A stretch of 64,000 bases of DNA from a virus. The notes beneath the pieces were generated by a model. That model saw only the letters and a list, made by a program, of their open reading frames with translations. It was not told the origin of the DNA and searched no databases. The translations under genes and the position numbers were made by a program. Every line of letters begins with the position of its first letter. The first letter of the stretch is position 1. The stretch is from positions 1-64,000 of IMG/VR virus record IMGVR_UViG_3300017917_002918; one strand, 5' to 3'. Shown one piece after another: positions 48,590 to 59,193 of the stretch.

Positions 48590-51037
48590 TTAATACACTT
48601 CGTAACTGTGAAGTATATCTTCTAATTCTTCAGAAGTAGTCCACTTCCCATCAACCATGATACTTTTCTTTTTTTGTTTAAATTCTAATACTTTTAAGAT
48701 ACTGAATAATTTAAATGGGTTCTCCCTAAATATTCTACCATCTTTTATTTTACTCTTGATTATTTCCCCTGTTTTCACATGTAATAATTTAACTTGTGGT
48801 TTGGTTGTATCATTTGAAGTTTTAAATTCAATTACAATATAAAATTTGTTACCTGCTGCATCATTCGTATATGTAGTATAACCTAAGTATTCTAATTCAA
48901 GTTTTATTTGTTCTTTAATAGACAGTGGTTTATTTTCAATAGACTCTAAAATCTCTCTTATGTATGAATACATATCTAATTCTCTGTATTGTGTTTTTGT
49001 AAGTTTGTTACTATATTTAACCAGAACCTCTTCATTTATCTCTAATTTATCTATATCCTTAAAAGATATTTGTTTACGAGTTGCTAAATTATAAAACATA
49101 TCAATAGTTAATAGTAATTTTTTATTTTTACCAAACCTACTAAAATAGTTTAATATTGTAAGAATTTTTAGATGTTTAGATGTTATATCGGGAATGTAAA
49201 CTGCCGACTTTAAGAAATCAATAAAATCCACAAATTCTTCTTCTAGTAATTGTATCAACTTATCACGTATTTCATCACTTACAAATTTTATTTCACTCTG
49301 AAGTTTATGTTTCTTAATTTTTGTATTATCTAAAAATTCCTGTAATCGTTTATTTGCAATATCAATGTAATATTGTTTATCTAATTCATTTGATATGGAA
49401 CAATTTGTAACGTCATCATTATAAATAAAGCAACGTTTTGGCGTATTTGATATTTTTTCAATACGAGTAGATAAAACACCTTCATTATCGATAACATCTT
49501 TAACTTTAAATACACCACTTGCGTTTTCTACGTTAGACGCATAAACTCTTAGTACTTTTTCATCTATCTTATTTTCACCATATAAAGCGTGTTTATAGAG
49601 TCTAGAAATTTTTACAATCTTTTGAAACTTACGAAAATCATCACATTCATTAATTGTATCTTCTATAGGTTTATTAGTAATGAAATTATTTATGAGTGCT
49701 TCGTTTACAATGGGTAAATCATAATCTATTTCACTTAATTTTTTTACATATGCCCCTTTTGATTTATACTTACCCTTTTCATTTATTATAATATAATTAT
49801 TTACATCTTTTTGATATATTTTATTGAATACTTCCCATTCTAAATCTAATCTAGTTCTAGCTTCCCATTCTTTAGCAATATTTTTTATTTTGTCTATATC
49901 TTCTTCTTTTTCTACTTTTAAAAATAAACCATCTGTATTTGACTGAATTAAAGTGCAATAATGTTCTATTTTTTCTATCAAATCAAGTAATAACAATTGA
50001 CCTGCCACACATACATTATTAGCCATTAATGGATCGTATAGATTGTTATATTGGTCTTTCATTGCACCATATGTACTATTGAGAACAATTTTAAAAGGTA
50101 ATTGCATTGGATTCTTTTCTGCTTTTAGTTTTAACCTAGTATCTCTGATTTCTACATATCGTGAAGGATCTGCAACATTTCTACTAATATAACCATACTC
50201 AATCATGATTGCAGGATACAATGATGCCACATCCAGACATAGAATTATACCTTCGTCTGTGTAATTGGCTACAGCTCCATGGATACCTCCCCATGCAAAG
50301 ACATGTGGAACTCCTGCTACATCTGTAACTAAACTTTTTTTATAATTCATATTCAATGGGTTTTTATACCAATCGACTATGTACTTATATTTTTCACCAA
50401 TAACCAATGTATCAGGTATGGAGATATTAAATTCATCATTTCTTTCTGTTCGCAATGCTCCTAATACATAAGCAGATAATTGTGCTTTTGTTTTGTTGAA
50501 CATTTCCATAGGTAAATCAAAAGCTTTAATTAACGACAATTGACTATCAAATTCTTCTTTTCTTAAATTAAATACTTTAATGGTCTCTTCTACGTCATGT
50601 GTACAATATTCAAGCACTTCTTCAATTTCTAAGTCAGTTAATTTTCTATTGATATTGAAGGATACTGAGGATTCTTTAATTTTTGAACCCATGAATCCTT
50701 CTAGTTGTTTGAGACTATGAAAACCTGTAGAGATATCAAAATTATTCAATGGGAACTCATTTGATTTTTTAACAACTTGAGCACCCTTTTTATCATTAAT
50801 GATTATTTCATTATTTACAAAATAGGGATCTAAACCACATAAAATACCCTTCAATATGTATTGGTCATAGTTTCTAGAATTATAACCCACCCATATATCG
50901 TCAATGTGTGCTTTGTAAAATTCTAACAACTGTGATTCATTATTGATTATTACTGTTTTATTTTTAGTTTTAATATTAATAATAACTACCATCCAATCAT
51001 GTTTAAATACTTCAAAGTCGTATGCTAATAATTGCAT
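48590..51037 (-). CDS. Family-B DNA polymerase with 3'-5' exonuclease and a DnaE-like C-terminal extension
   Basis: Exo motifs YDFE, GYNSRNYD and YCTHD; polymerase motifs DVASLYP, KIVLNSTYG and SNTDG. Confidence 0.85.
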   Translation of the reverse strand: MQLLAYDFEVFKHDWMVVIINIKTKNKTVIINNESQLLEFYKAHIDDIWVGYNSRNYDQYILKGILCGLDPYFVNNEIIINDKKGAQVVKKSNEFPLNNFDISTGFHSLKQLEGFMGSKIKESSVSFNINRKLTDLEIEEVLEYCTHDVEETIKVFNLRKEEFDSQLSLIKAFDLPMEMFNKTKAQLSAYVLGALRTERNDEFNISIPDTLVIGEKYKYIVDWYKNPLNMNYKKSLVTDVAGVPHVFAWGGIHGAVANYTDEGIILCLDVASLYPAIMIEYGYISRNVADPSRYVEIRDTRLKLKAEKNPMQLPFKIVLNSTYGAMKDQYNNLYDPLMANNVCVAGQLLLLDLIEKIEHYCTLIQSNTDGLFLKVEKEEDIDKIKNIAKEWEARTRLDLEWEVFNKIYQKDVNNYIIINEKGKYKSKGAYVKKLSEIDYDLPIVNEALINNFITNKPIEDTINECDDFRKFQKIVKISRLYKHALYGENKIDEKVLRVYASNVENASGVFKVKDVIDNEGVLSTRIEKISNTPKRCFIYNDDVTNCSISNELDKQYYIDIANKRLQEFLDNTKIKKHKLQSEIKFVSDEIRDKLIQLLEEEFVDFIDFLKSAVYIPDITSKHLKILTILNYFSRFGKNKKLLLTIDMFYNLATRKQISFKDIDKLEINEEVLVKYSNKLTKTQYRELDMYSYIREILESIENKPLSIKEQIKLELEYLGYTTYTNDAAGNKFYIVIEFKTSNDTTKPQVKLLHVKTGEIIKSKIKDGRIFRENPFKLFSILKVLEFKQKKKSIMVDGKWTTSEELEDILHSYEVY

Positions 51038-51154
51038 AATTTATCTCTCCTCTCTCCTTTCATAATATAAAATCATAATTTAATTATATCATACATCAAT
51101 ATATTGTCAAACATACCAAGCGATCTCAGTTAATGACCACTCGGTATGCGATAT

Positions 51155-52279
51155 TTAGAGATCTAACATCCACGATAAATCCTCATCTTCTTTGCTATTA
51201 TTATTTTTATTAGCATTTATCTTGTCTAAATATTCTCCGTAAGGTTTATGTAATCGAGCAGAATAACCACTCAAATTAGCAAAGTAATATGAATTATAGT
51301 CACTCACTTCTTCCCACCATATTTTATCACTCTTTGTTTTAGCATATTCCACTTCTTTTCTATTTATTTCTGTAAGTGTTGATATTATATCTGATTTTAA
51401 AGTTTTAATTTCAATTTCATTGAATGGTATTTCAACATGGCAATCATCAAATATGTATTTAGCTTTTATATCATCTGGTAAAAATTCAATACTATTTGTT
51501 GATACTAACATATTCACATAATCTTCGATTTCTTGCTCAGTATATCGTTTTGTTTTCTTGAGCCACATTGTAACATTAGCTTTTAGCGAAGAACCTATTT
51601 CATTTCTCGCAATTTCCCTAGATGTAATTTTACCATTTGCTTGTTGTTGCTCAACTGTAACATACTTTAAAAAATTCCATCTAATTTTAATATTCTCTAA
51701 CGGGACTCCCAACTGTCGCAAGGCTTCGGCGTATAGTACGAGTTGCCCTTTTTCAGAATCGATCTTCTTACCTTTGTATATAGATGATGTTTTGAAGTCT
51801 GTTATAACAAATATATCACCTTCTCTATGTATACAATCTATATAACCTTGAAATAAGTATTCACCGATTTTAACAACTATAAATCTCTCTAAATCCACTT
51901 TTCTAGTCATAACATTATGGTGTCTAAAGAAATGTCGTATGCACTCTTCATATTTTTTGGCTATAACTGCATTTTTATCAGCGTTACTACGATCATATTT
52001 CAATTCAGCTAAATTAAACATATCTAATTCTGACTCATATTGTGATATCATATCTTCATATTTTATTTTATTAGTGTAAAATTCTTCCATTATATTATGG
52101 CAGGTGTTCCCACTAAACGAATAGATCGAATCATTTCTATCTTCCTGTATTTTTGCGACATATTTCAAATAATACTCATATTTTGATGTTTTATATGTAT
52201 GATAGCGTGACCATGACCAAATTTGATCGACCTTATATTTCTTTTTTATTTTCTCTAATTCTTCACTGGTTTTTCGCAT
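51155..52279 (-). CDS. PD-(D/E)XK exonuclease
   Basis: WSWSR, G.TCH, GYID, ITDFKT and QLVLY motifs. Confidence 0.8.
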   Translation of the reverse strand: MRKTSEELEKIKKKYKVDQIWSWSRYHTYKTSKYEYYLKYVAKIQEDRNDSIYSFSGNTCHNIMEEFYTNKIKYEDMISQYESELDMFNLAELKYDRSNADKNAVIAKKYEECIRHFFRHHNVMTRKVDLERFIVVKIGEYLFQGYIDCIHREGDIFVITDFKTSSIYKGKKIDSEKGQLVLYAEALRQLGVPLENIKIRWNFLKYVTVEQQQANGKITSREIARNEIGSSLKANVTMWLKKTKRYTEQEIEDYVNMLVSTNSIEFLPDDIKAKYIFDDCHVEIPFNEIEIKTLKSDIISTLTEINRKEVEYAKTKSDKIWWEEVSDYNSYYFANLSGYSARLHKPYGEYLDKINANKNNNSKEDEDLSWMLDL

Positions 52280-52304
52280 AAAATTATCCTTTCATATTCA
52301 TATT

Positions 52305-53375
52305 TTAATTATGTTCTGATTCTTTTAAAAACTCTCTATGTTCTTTATCATCATAGGCTACCTTATATTTAAACATAAAATTATAAAGCTTATTCGGTAA
52401 ATCACTTGATGAATCTTTCTTGCCAAGTAATTTCCATCTGTCAAACATATAATAAACATTTCTAATACCATAAAACTTCTCACAAGTAGCTCTAGTATGT
52501 TTAAGCGATATATCATTATCCCAAGAGATTATTATATCTACATTTAGTGATATTAAAATTCTAACTTGTTCTTGTGATAGTTCATGACCACCAGATGCCA
52601 CACAAGTTTTGTCATTTCTAGAGTGACGTTTTAAAACTCCTTTTTGACCTTCAAGTACAACAACATATCCAGCTTCTTGTATGTGTTTATAATTTTCATT
52701 TAGTCCATATAAATTTAAACCTCTTGAAAAAGGCTTTATTGCTAAATATTTAGGTATATCAAGCATCGAATATTCTTTCACAACAGTTCGCCCAATAATA
52801 CCCACGAAGGAATATCTATCCCCACACCAATATCGTTCAGGGAATATAATTCTTTTCTTTGTGTCAGAATATCCAATCGCAAACTCTTTACAAGTCCAAG
52901 GCATTATACCATCTTCACGTATTAGATTTATATGTGGTAGTGGTATATAATCTTTTAAAATCTCCTCATCGTATATAGGAATATCATTTACATTACAAAT
53001 ATCTCTTTTCTTTTTTATTCTTTTGAATATCTCCAAAGGATCTATTTTGTCTTTTGTAATGTTCTTTTTGGCATTATATTTAAATTGTAAACCTAACACC
53101 TTGTGTAAATATTTATTTGCCTCAGAAAAGTTAATATCTTTTATAGTCTGACACAAAGAGAATATATCCCCTTTTGTGGTCATGTCGGGATTATAAATCC
53201 TACAGAACAAATCATCTTTACGAACTGACACTGAATCTGTGCTAGAGTGACCATTTAATCCTGCTCGATATTCGTTACTAAACTCTTTGATATGATGACA
53301 TTCTAGACTTTCTAAAATGTCAACAATTTTATCATTATTTATTATATATTGTTTTAATTCTATAGCATCCACTGG
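52305..53375 (-). CDS. DnaG-like primase
   Basis: TOPRIM motifs VVLEG and WDND; RIIFP; follows the helicase; start approximate. Confidence 0.75.
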   Translation of the reverse strand, partial: PVDAIELKQYIINNDKIVDILESLECHHIKEFSNEYRAGLNGHSSTDSVSVRKDDLFCRIYNPDMTTKGDIFSLCQTIKDINFSEANKYLHKVLGLQFKYNAKKNITKDKIDPLEIFKRIKKKRDICNVNDIPIYDEEILKDYIPLPHINLIREDGIMPWTCKEFAIGYSDTKKRIIFPERYWCGDRYSFVGIIGRTVVKEYSMLDIPKYLAIKPFSRGLNLYGLNENYKHIQEAGYVVVLEGQKGVLKRHSRNDKTCVASGGHELSQEQVRILISLNVDIIISWDNDISLKHTRATCEKFYGIRNVYYMFDRWKLLGKKDSSSDLPNKLYNFMFKYKVAYDDKEHREFLKESEHN

Positions 53376-53386
53376 TTCACCACCCA

Positions 53387-54925
53387 TTACCAATCTTGAA
53401 TTATATAACAAATTCCCAATTCTTTATATATATTGGTACTTAAATTATGTTCTGCTATTATTTGATATGGTTGTGTTTCACCAAATCTATTTTTGGTTAT
53501 AAAAATTATCACATAGTGTTTATTTTTATCTAATTTAAAAGGGATCTTTGATTTTTTATTCTTACCTTCAAACCTATATCCCGTTATTTCATGTTTACCA
53601 CCTTCCAATTCATCATCAAAAGGAGAACGGATCATTATATTTACAGATGAGACATCAACTATAGACTTTGCGTTCCCGATAGCCTCATTCGTCAAATATC
53701 GCTGTTTAATAGATGCTTTGGTTAACTGATAATTCACCCAAAGGCTTACATTTTTTGCACTAGGCTTAACAGTGTCATATAACTCAACCATGTCTCTTTG
53801 CATTTCCAACCATACATTTTCAGTTCTGCTATCTGAGCTACTTTTAAGAGTGTCTAATAAGAAAAACTTACACCCCATACTTGCATACTTTTTTATAATC
53901 TTTATTGCAATTTTAGTAGTATATCGTTCCAGAGGGATTATTGTAATATTCTTTCTCTCTTTCTTTTCCTCTAACCATTCAGCACATTTACGCAATAACA
54001 CCATGGTGTCTTCATCAAAATTACCATTTCTTAACACATGTTTTTTTAATTCTTGTTTAAATATGTTATTAGCAACCCATATTAACATTTCCTTTTGAAT
54101 CTTTGTCTGATCTTCTTCGTTGATAATAATGCACATTTTTTCATCGTGTTCTATTATAGAAGGTAATAACCATCTAATTGCAGTAGTTGTTTTACCCACA
54201 CCACTACCTGCTCCTAGCATATTTATATGTCCCAAATTACATCCTGATATAAGTTGATTTAACAGAGGGGAATCACATAAAGGTAAGCCAACATTTTTAC
54301 CTTGATTTAACTCATCTATCAACTCATTTAAGTTTTCACACAAATTATAACTTTTCACTTCACCATCAACATTTAAAAATAAATGATTTAACTTAGCCTC
54401 GTATTCACTATAAATTTCTTCAGCACTCATATCTGCGAATTTACTCAATTTACCTTGTACAGGGAATTTCATTTTTAATAATTCAATTACTACATTCCAC
54501 TTTTTTAATTCTCGCACATATCCTGACATATTCTCTTCTTTGATATATGACTTAGCATTTTCAATTGTTTCATATCCACCATATTCATTATATTTTGATT
54601 TTAATTTAGGATGTTTGTCTAAATATAATCCTACAGTAATTTCATCGAGAACATGTTTCTTTTCGTTAACAAGTAAATCTTTTGCTACAGCAAAATATAC
54701 TTTCCATATATTATTACTGAAATCTTCTAATTTTAATTCGTAATTATGTATCGTGTCTGGCAAAGAATATATAATCGAAACGATATTCGCTTCAGATGCC
54801 AACTTATATTCTCGAACCTTTTTCATTGTGTCTACTAATTCTTGTTCAAATGCTGACAGTTCTATTTGATTTGTTGAATTATTTTTCATTTTACTTGTTT
54901 TACCTGTTTTATTTTTAGCCACCAA
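53387..54925 (-). CDS. DnaB-like replicative helicase
   Basis: GAGSGVGKT, INEE, LLDTLK, YQL and ITKNRFG motifs. Confidence 0.85.
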   Translation of the reverse strand: MVAKNKTGKTSKMKNNSTNQIELSAFEQELVDTMKKVREYKLASEANIVSIIYSLPDTIHNYELKLEDFSNNIWKVYFAVAKDLLVNEKKHVLDEITVGLYLDKHPKLKSKYNEYGGYETIENAKSYIKEENMSGYVRELKKWNVVIELLKMKFPVQGKLSKFADMSAEEIYSEYEAKLNHLFLNVDGEVKSYNLCENLNELIDELNQGKNVGLPLCDSPLLNQLISGCNLGHINMLGAGSGVGKTTTAIRWLLPSIIEHDEKMCIIINEEDQTKIQKEMLIWVANNIFKQELKKHVLRNGNFDEDTMVLLRKCAEWLEEKKERKNITIIPLERYTTKIAIKIIKKYASMGCKFFLLDTLKSSSDSRTENVWLEMQRDMVELYDTVKPSAKNVSLWVNYQLTKASIKQRYLTNEAIGNAKSIVDVSSVNIMIRSPFDDELEGGKHEITGYRFEGKNKKSKIPFKLDKNKHYVIIFITKNRFGETQPYQIIAEHNLSTNIYKELGICYIIQDW

Positions 54926-55384
54926 TCACCACAGCCCTTCTAAGTCAGAATTATGCACATCCACACTAGCTTTTCTATACTCTGCAATTTCACTATTCAT
55001 GTAACTCACATCTAGTGATTCCGTTTTTTCTTTGCTCTTATTTGCTTTTTTAAGCCTAATAACCACATCATTTATTTCGTTTTCTATAAACACCATTGCC
55101 GAATTAAATTTATGGCTTTCGTCTTTGAATTTAATGTCATTAACCTTAAACCAGTTTAATATCTTTGGCTTACACACCTTAAATGTGTATAAAATATCTT
55201 TAAATTCATAATTTGCCATTGGTTTTGCTTTTGTGTTCCGCATAAACTGACCCTTACTTAAGCCCTGTAGACGTAAAACTACATTTTTTGAAAGTTTCAT
55301 ATCTTTGTCATAACCCATTATTTCTTTTCTTACGTATTCGTATAATTCGTCCCAGTCTGCTTTTTCTTGTTTTGACCACGCCAT
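54926..55384 (-). CDS. Hypothetical replication-operon protein
   Basis: First gene after a consensus promoter, upstream of the helicase. Confidence 0.55.
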   Translation of the reverse strand: MAWSKQEKADWDELYEYVRKEIMGYDKDMKLSKNVVLRLQGLSKGQFMRNTKAKPMANYEFKDILYTFKVCKPKILNWFKVNDIKFKDESHKFNSAMVFIENEINDVVIRLKKANKSKEKTESLDVSYMNSEIAEYRKASVDVHNSDLEGLW

Positions 55385-55520
55385 AAAATCACCTCAATTA
55401 ATTAGAATATATTATCATAATTTAATTATAAACTATTTGTGAGATGTTGTCAATCTTAATACTTCATAACAAAAAAATAAGAGAGCTTTTGACACTCTCT
55501 TATGATATGTAGTAGAGTTA

Positions 55521-56651
55521 TTATTTAATTAAACTCAATAATTCTCTAGCCTGTGCGACATCTTCAACTTTAGCAGGACTGAGTAATCCAAATTCTTTTG
55601 CTTTAGCAACCAATGGTTTTAATTTAGTTGTATCTGTTTTATTAATTTTTATAAAACTAGAAATTTGTTCTATTATATTTTCAACTTCTTGTTTATCAAC
55701 TTCAGCTTGCTTTGCTAGTACATTTTTCTCTACTAACTCTTCTTTAACCTTGTCTTGGTCAATCTTTGTATCTTCGATTGATTTAGCACCATTTTGTTTT
55801 TCATGTTCCATTTTAATAGCATTTTCGATTGCTTTAATGAACTCATCTGAGTTGAGTGATATACAATCTGTTATTTCTGAAAATCTTGATTTTGAATCAA
55901 TATTAAAATTATCATCTCTAAATGTTATGATTCTTGATTCATTTGAAATACTACCCTTGATTTCGTCTTTTTTATTAGAACCAACCCCAACCTTTTTGCC
56001 AGTTTTAATTTGTGTGATTTCTCTATTTATAGATGCCACACCTAGTACATGTAGCTTTGTTTTAATAGCATTAAAATATCTATGCGACATATTAGTGGTT
56101 AACATATCATATTCTAAACCTGTTGATACATCGGTCATTGTTCTTTTTTTCGTATGACCTAATATAAACATACTAATTCCAACTTTTTTTAGTTGCCATA
56201 TTTTTTCTAATATGAGTTCTATAGCTTTGTCTTCACCACCCATATAGCCCCCAAAAGCAGCTTTTATTGACTTGACAGGCTTATCTGGATTTTGTCTATT
56301 ATGTAATCTAATTACTTCTGGTTCGGCAATTCTGAATAATTCATCCAGAGTATCGTAAACGATAACTTTTAAATCTTTGTATGCCGTTAATTTATTTTCT
56401 ATTATGTAATTTGTAACTTCATCAAATGTATCCCAATCTGGAATATCTTCATACATAGCTCCTGCAATTGCATCTATACCATCTTCTAAACCTACATTGA
56501 AAATAAGGTAGCCGTCTTCTCCCACAAGTCTTTCACATACTTCCTTTGCCAGAGAACTCTTTCCAATTCCTGATTCACCGATTACTGCCAAATTATAAGC
56601 TAATGGGTCTACTTTTATTACATTCTTTTTACCAAATTTTCTCTCAGCCAA
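55521..56651 (-). CDS. Sak4-like AAA recombination ATPase
   Basis: GESGIGKS, IVYDT and FILGH motifs; adjacent to the SSB-like gene. Confidence 0.75.
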   Translation of the reverse strand: MAERKFGKKNVIKVDPLAYNLAVIGESGIGKSSLAKEVCERLVGEDGYLIFNVGLEDGIDAIAGAMYEDIPDWDTFDEVTNYIIENKLTAYKDLKVIVYDTLDELFRIAEPEVIRLHNRQNPDKPVKSIKAAFGGYMGGEDKAIELILEKIWQLKKVGISMFILGHTKKRTMTDVSTGLEYDMLTTNMSHRYFNAIKTKLHVLGVASINREITQIKTGKKVGVGSNKKDEIKGSISNESRIITFRDDNFNIDSKSRFSEITDCISLNSDEFIKAIENAIKMEHEKQNGAKSIEDTKIDQDKVKEELVEKNVLAKQAEVDKQEVENIIEQISSFIKINKTDTTKLKPLVAKAKEFGLLSPAKVEDVAQARELLSLIK

Positions 56652-56744
56652 ATCAATTCCTCCTAATAATTTTATTAATAATCATAATTTAACTATCAGG
56701 ATGAAATATTAATTATCCACCCTGATAATTTTAAACTCTCACAT

Positions 56745-57983
56745 TTAATCCAATAATGCATTCATCCACTCATCTTCATCAACGTCTACTTCATCATCGT
56801 CCTCTGTGTCAACTACAACTTTTTTGGTGGTCGTTTTCTTATCTTCTACTTCTGCAACGATCTCCTCAACATCTTCTTCTTCAGTTTCAAACATGAAGTC
56901 AAATATTAAATCATCTTCGGAGTATTTTTCTTCTGTTTTCATTATAGTCGGCTTCTTATTCTCGTCGTTGCCTACCATTTTAATAGCAGGTCTTCTGATT
57001 ATTAATCTTTTCTCTCTATCACCACGAACTACAAGTGTTGCTAGTGCATCCTCTAATGTGTATGCTCCCATTTCAATTAACTCTTTAATCTCATCTGGAA
57101 GATCATCTTCAGTTAGCGTCGTAGTGCTTGCACCTTCCACTATATCACCTTCTAATGTAATTTCAGTAATACCCTTTTTAACTTTTAATACACTATCTAA
57201 GAACTTCTTTGTTTTTTCAACATCTGATTTATTTACTTCTAATTCCATTATTTTATTAAATGGAATATTGGTTTTTACTTCTTTGTCTCCCCACATTTTT
57301 ATGTAATCAACAATTTTTACATTGATTGGGTATACTGCTTTTTGCTTATCCAATTTGCCAATACTATCTTTATCTAATAGTACAGTTTGTGTAAAAGATG
57401 CTTTGTATTTAGCAGGGTCATCAACTTTTGACAAGAATATACTTTTGATTTCCTTTTTCATTTGTACATTACCGTCATACATTGAATACTTAAATTCACC
57501 TTTAACATTGATAACCATTCCTGCTTTTAGATGCTCTTGTACATATGCTATAGCATCATAAGCTGATAAGAATTTCTTTGTATATGTAACTTCTTTTTTA
57601 TCTTTGTTAATTACTTTTTCAAGTCCCACTTTAATGAAACACTTTTCACCAATAGTTTCCAAAACTTCTTCATCGAACCTATCATCCCAATCAATTGTAA
57701 ATTGAGTTCCCCAATCATCTTGTTTTTTCTTGTTGTCATCTTCTTTAACACCGTGTACATATAGAACATTATCTCTAGTAGCTCCATATCCACCCATTAA
57801 TTCAGAATAAACAATATTACCATTTCCACAATTAACACCTAGATTTAGTGAATTGTAAACCCAGTCACTTTTTGTTGAAGATTGATCCATTTTGAATGTA
57901 AAATCAGTAATTTGTGCCTCACCAATTAGTTGGAATTCTGACGTACCTTTTTTTAAAGGTATTTTTTCTTCAATTTTAGCCAT
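56745..57983 (-). CDS. Putative single-stranded DNA-binding protein
   Basis: Beta-rich OB-like body with a very acidic C-terminal tail; upstream of Sak4. Confidence 0.55.
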   Translation of the reverse strand: MAKIEEKIPLKKGTSEFQLIGEAQITDFTFKMDQSSTKSDWVYNSLNLGVNCGNGNIVYSELMGGYGATRDNVLYVHGVKEDDNKKKQDDWGTQFTIDWDDRFDEEVLETIGEKCFIKVGLEKVINKDKKEVTYTKKFLSAYDAIAYVQEHLKAGMVINVKGEFKYSMYDGNVQMKKEIKSIFLSKVDDPAKYKASFTQTVLLDKDSIGKLDKQKAVYPINVKIVDYIKMWGDKEVKTNIPFNKIMELEVNKSDVEKTKKFLDSVLKVKKGITEITLEGDIVEGASTTTLTEDDLPDEIKELIEMGAYTLEDALATLVVRGDREKRLIIRRPAIKMVGNDENKKPTIMKTEEKYSEDDLIFDFMFETEEEDVEEIVAEVEDKKTTTKKVVVDTEDDDEVDVDEDEWMNALLD

Positions 57984-58105
57984 GTAAAATCCTCCATTAT
58001 CATATTTTAATTTTTTTTATTACTTGAACAAACTAACCATTATTTCTAATTATAACATATCTCATATTTTTGTCAAGACATTATCATAATTTAATTACTA
58101 ACGAT

Positions 58106-58288
58106 TTAATCTTCATTCTCAATCTTATCTACCACATAATTTTCTATCTTATGTAACAATTGCTTTGCTTCTAAAATTAATGACACTAGTTCTGTATCTG
58201 TAATTTCTTCTGCATTAGTCATCTTATCAACTACATAACCCACTCCGTCTTCATCAATTGCCATTTGCAATGACACATATTCATCCAT
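58106..58288 (-). CDS. Small acidic hypothetical protein
   Basis: RBS AAAGGAG and its own consensus promoter. Confidence 0.55.
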   Translation of the reverse strand: MDEYVSLQMAIDEDGVGYVVDKMTNAEEITDTELVSLILEAKQLLHKIENYVVDKIENED

Positions 58289-58384
58289 AGCATATTTCTC
58301 CTTTCTTTAAGTTTTCGTAACTCATAACTCTTAATTTAATTATATCACTACAAAAACAATTGTCAATATGTTATCATAAATTAA

Positions 58385-58936
58385 TTATTTGCCGAACATT
58401 TTATCATAAGCTCCACCTTTACGGTGAATGTAATCTTGATGCTCTGAGGGATGTTTCAAGTCTATCATGTTCCACCATTCATTATTACCACCATATGAAC
58501 AAGGTATTATATGATGAGCATCATATTTCTGACCTTTCATTCTAATTATTTTACCATGCTTATTCTTCACATTCTCATCATATGTCTTCCACGGTCTACC
58601 ATACTGATTCTCGAATTCCTGAATAATATTATGTTTCGCACCATTGAACTCTCGCCTATGTTGTTTATTTTCTGTTGTAGACAATTTATTATAGATATAA
58701 TGCTCAATATGGTATTTAATTTCAGCTATTTGTTTATCAGGCAGTTTATGACCACAAGCATACTCTATCTCATTGATATAATCCTGAAACAATAAATCAA
58801 ACTTAATACTTGATCTTCTGGTGTCCTTATCTCGCTCCTTTCTCTTGTCTGTTTTGGCGTTAATACTTTGCCAAAATGAAGTCATGAATTCTTTGTGGGT
58901 CTGTCTTGGTTTCTCTAGCAATAACATAGTTTCCAT
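58385..58936 (-). CDS. HNH endonuclease resembling polymorphic-toxin HNH tips
   Basis: YDAHHII..YGG.NEWWN...EHQ..IH; start chosen from RBS AAAGGAG. Confidence 0.75.
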   Translation of the reverse strand: METMLLLEKPRQTHKEFMTSFWQSINAKTDKRKERDKDTRRSSIKFDLLFQDYINEIEYACGHKLPDKQIAEIKYHIEHYIYNKLSTTENKQHRREFNGAKHNIIQEFENQYGRPWKTYDENVKNKHGKIIRMKGQKYDAHHIIPCSYGGNNEWWNMIDLKHPSEHQDYIHRKGGAYDKMFGK

Positions 58937-59007
58937 CGATGTTGCTCCTTTGAAGTTTATATAGATAACACAAAACACTAGGAGTTATCCCAGTGCTTTG
59001 TTTGATC

Positions 59008-59193
59008 TTATAGTTTTTTAATTTCATTGACAAAGTTGATTACGCGTTGTTTCATTTCTCTATCGTCAAAGGTCAAGAAATCATCTTCCTTATCGGCTAA
59101 CTCGTTATGTAAGAATTTCACTTCTCTTAGCACATTATCCAAATTTAAGTGTCCACTTATTGTCATGAAGTTATAATCATTTATTGTACTCAT
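59008..59193 (-). CDS. Hypothetical protein
   Basis: Overlaps the upstream stop codon. Confidence 0.45.
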   Translation of the reverse strand: MSTINDYNFMTISGHLNLDNVLREVKFLHNELADKEDDFLTFDDREMKQRVINFVNEIKKL

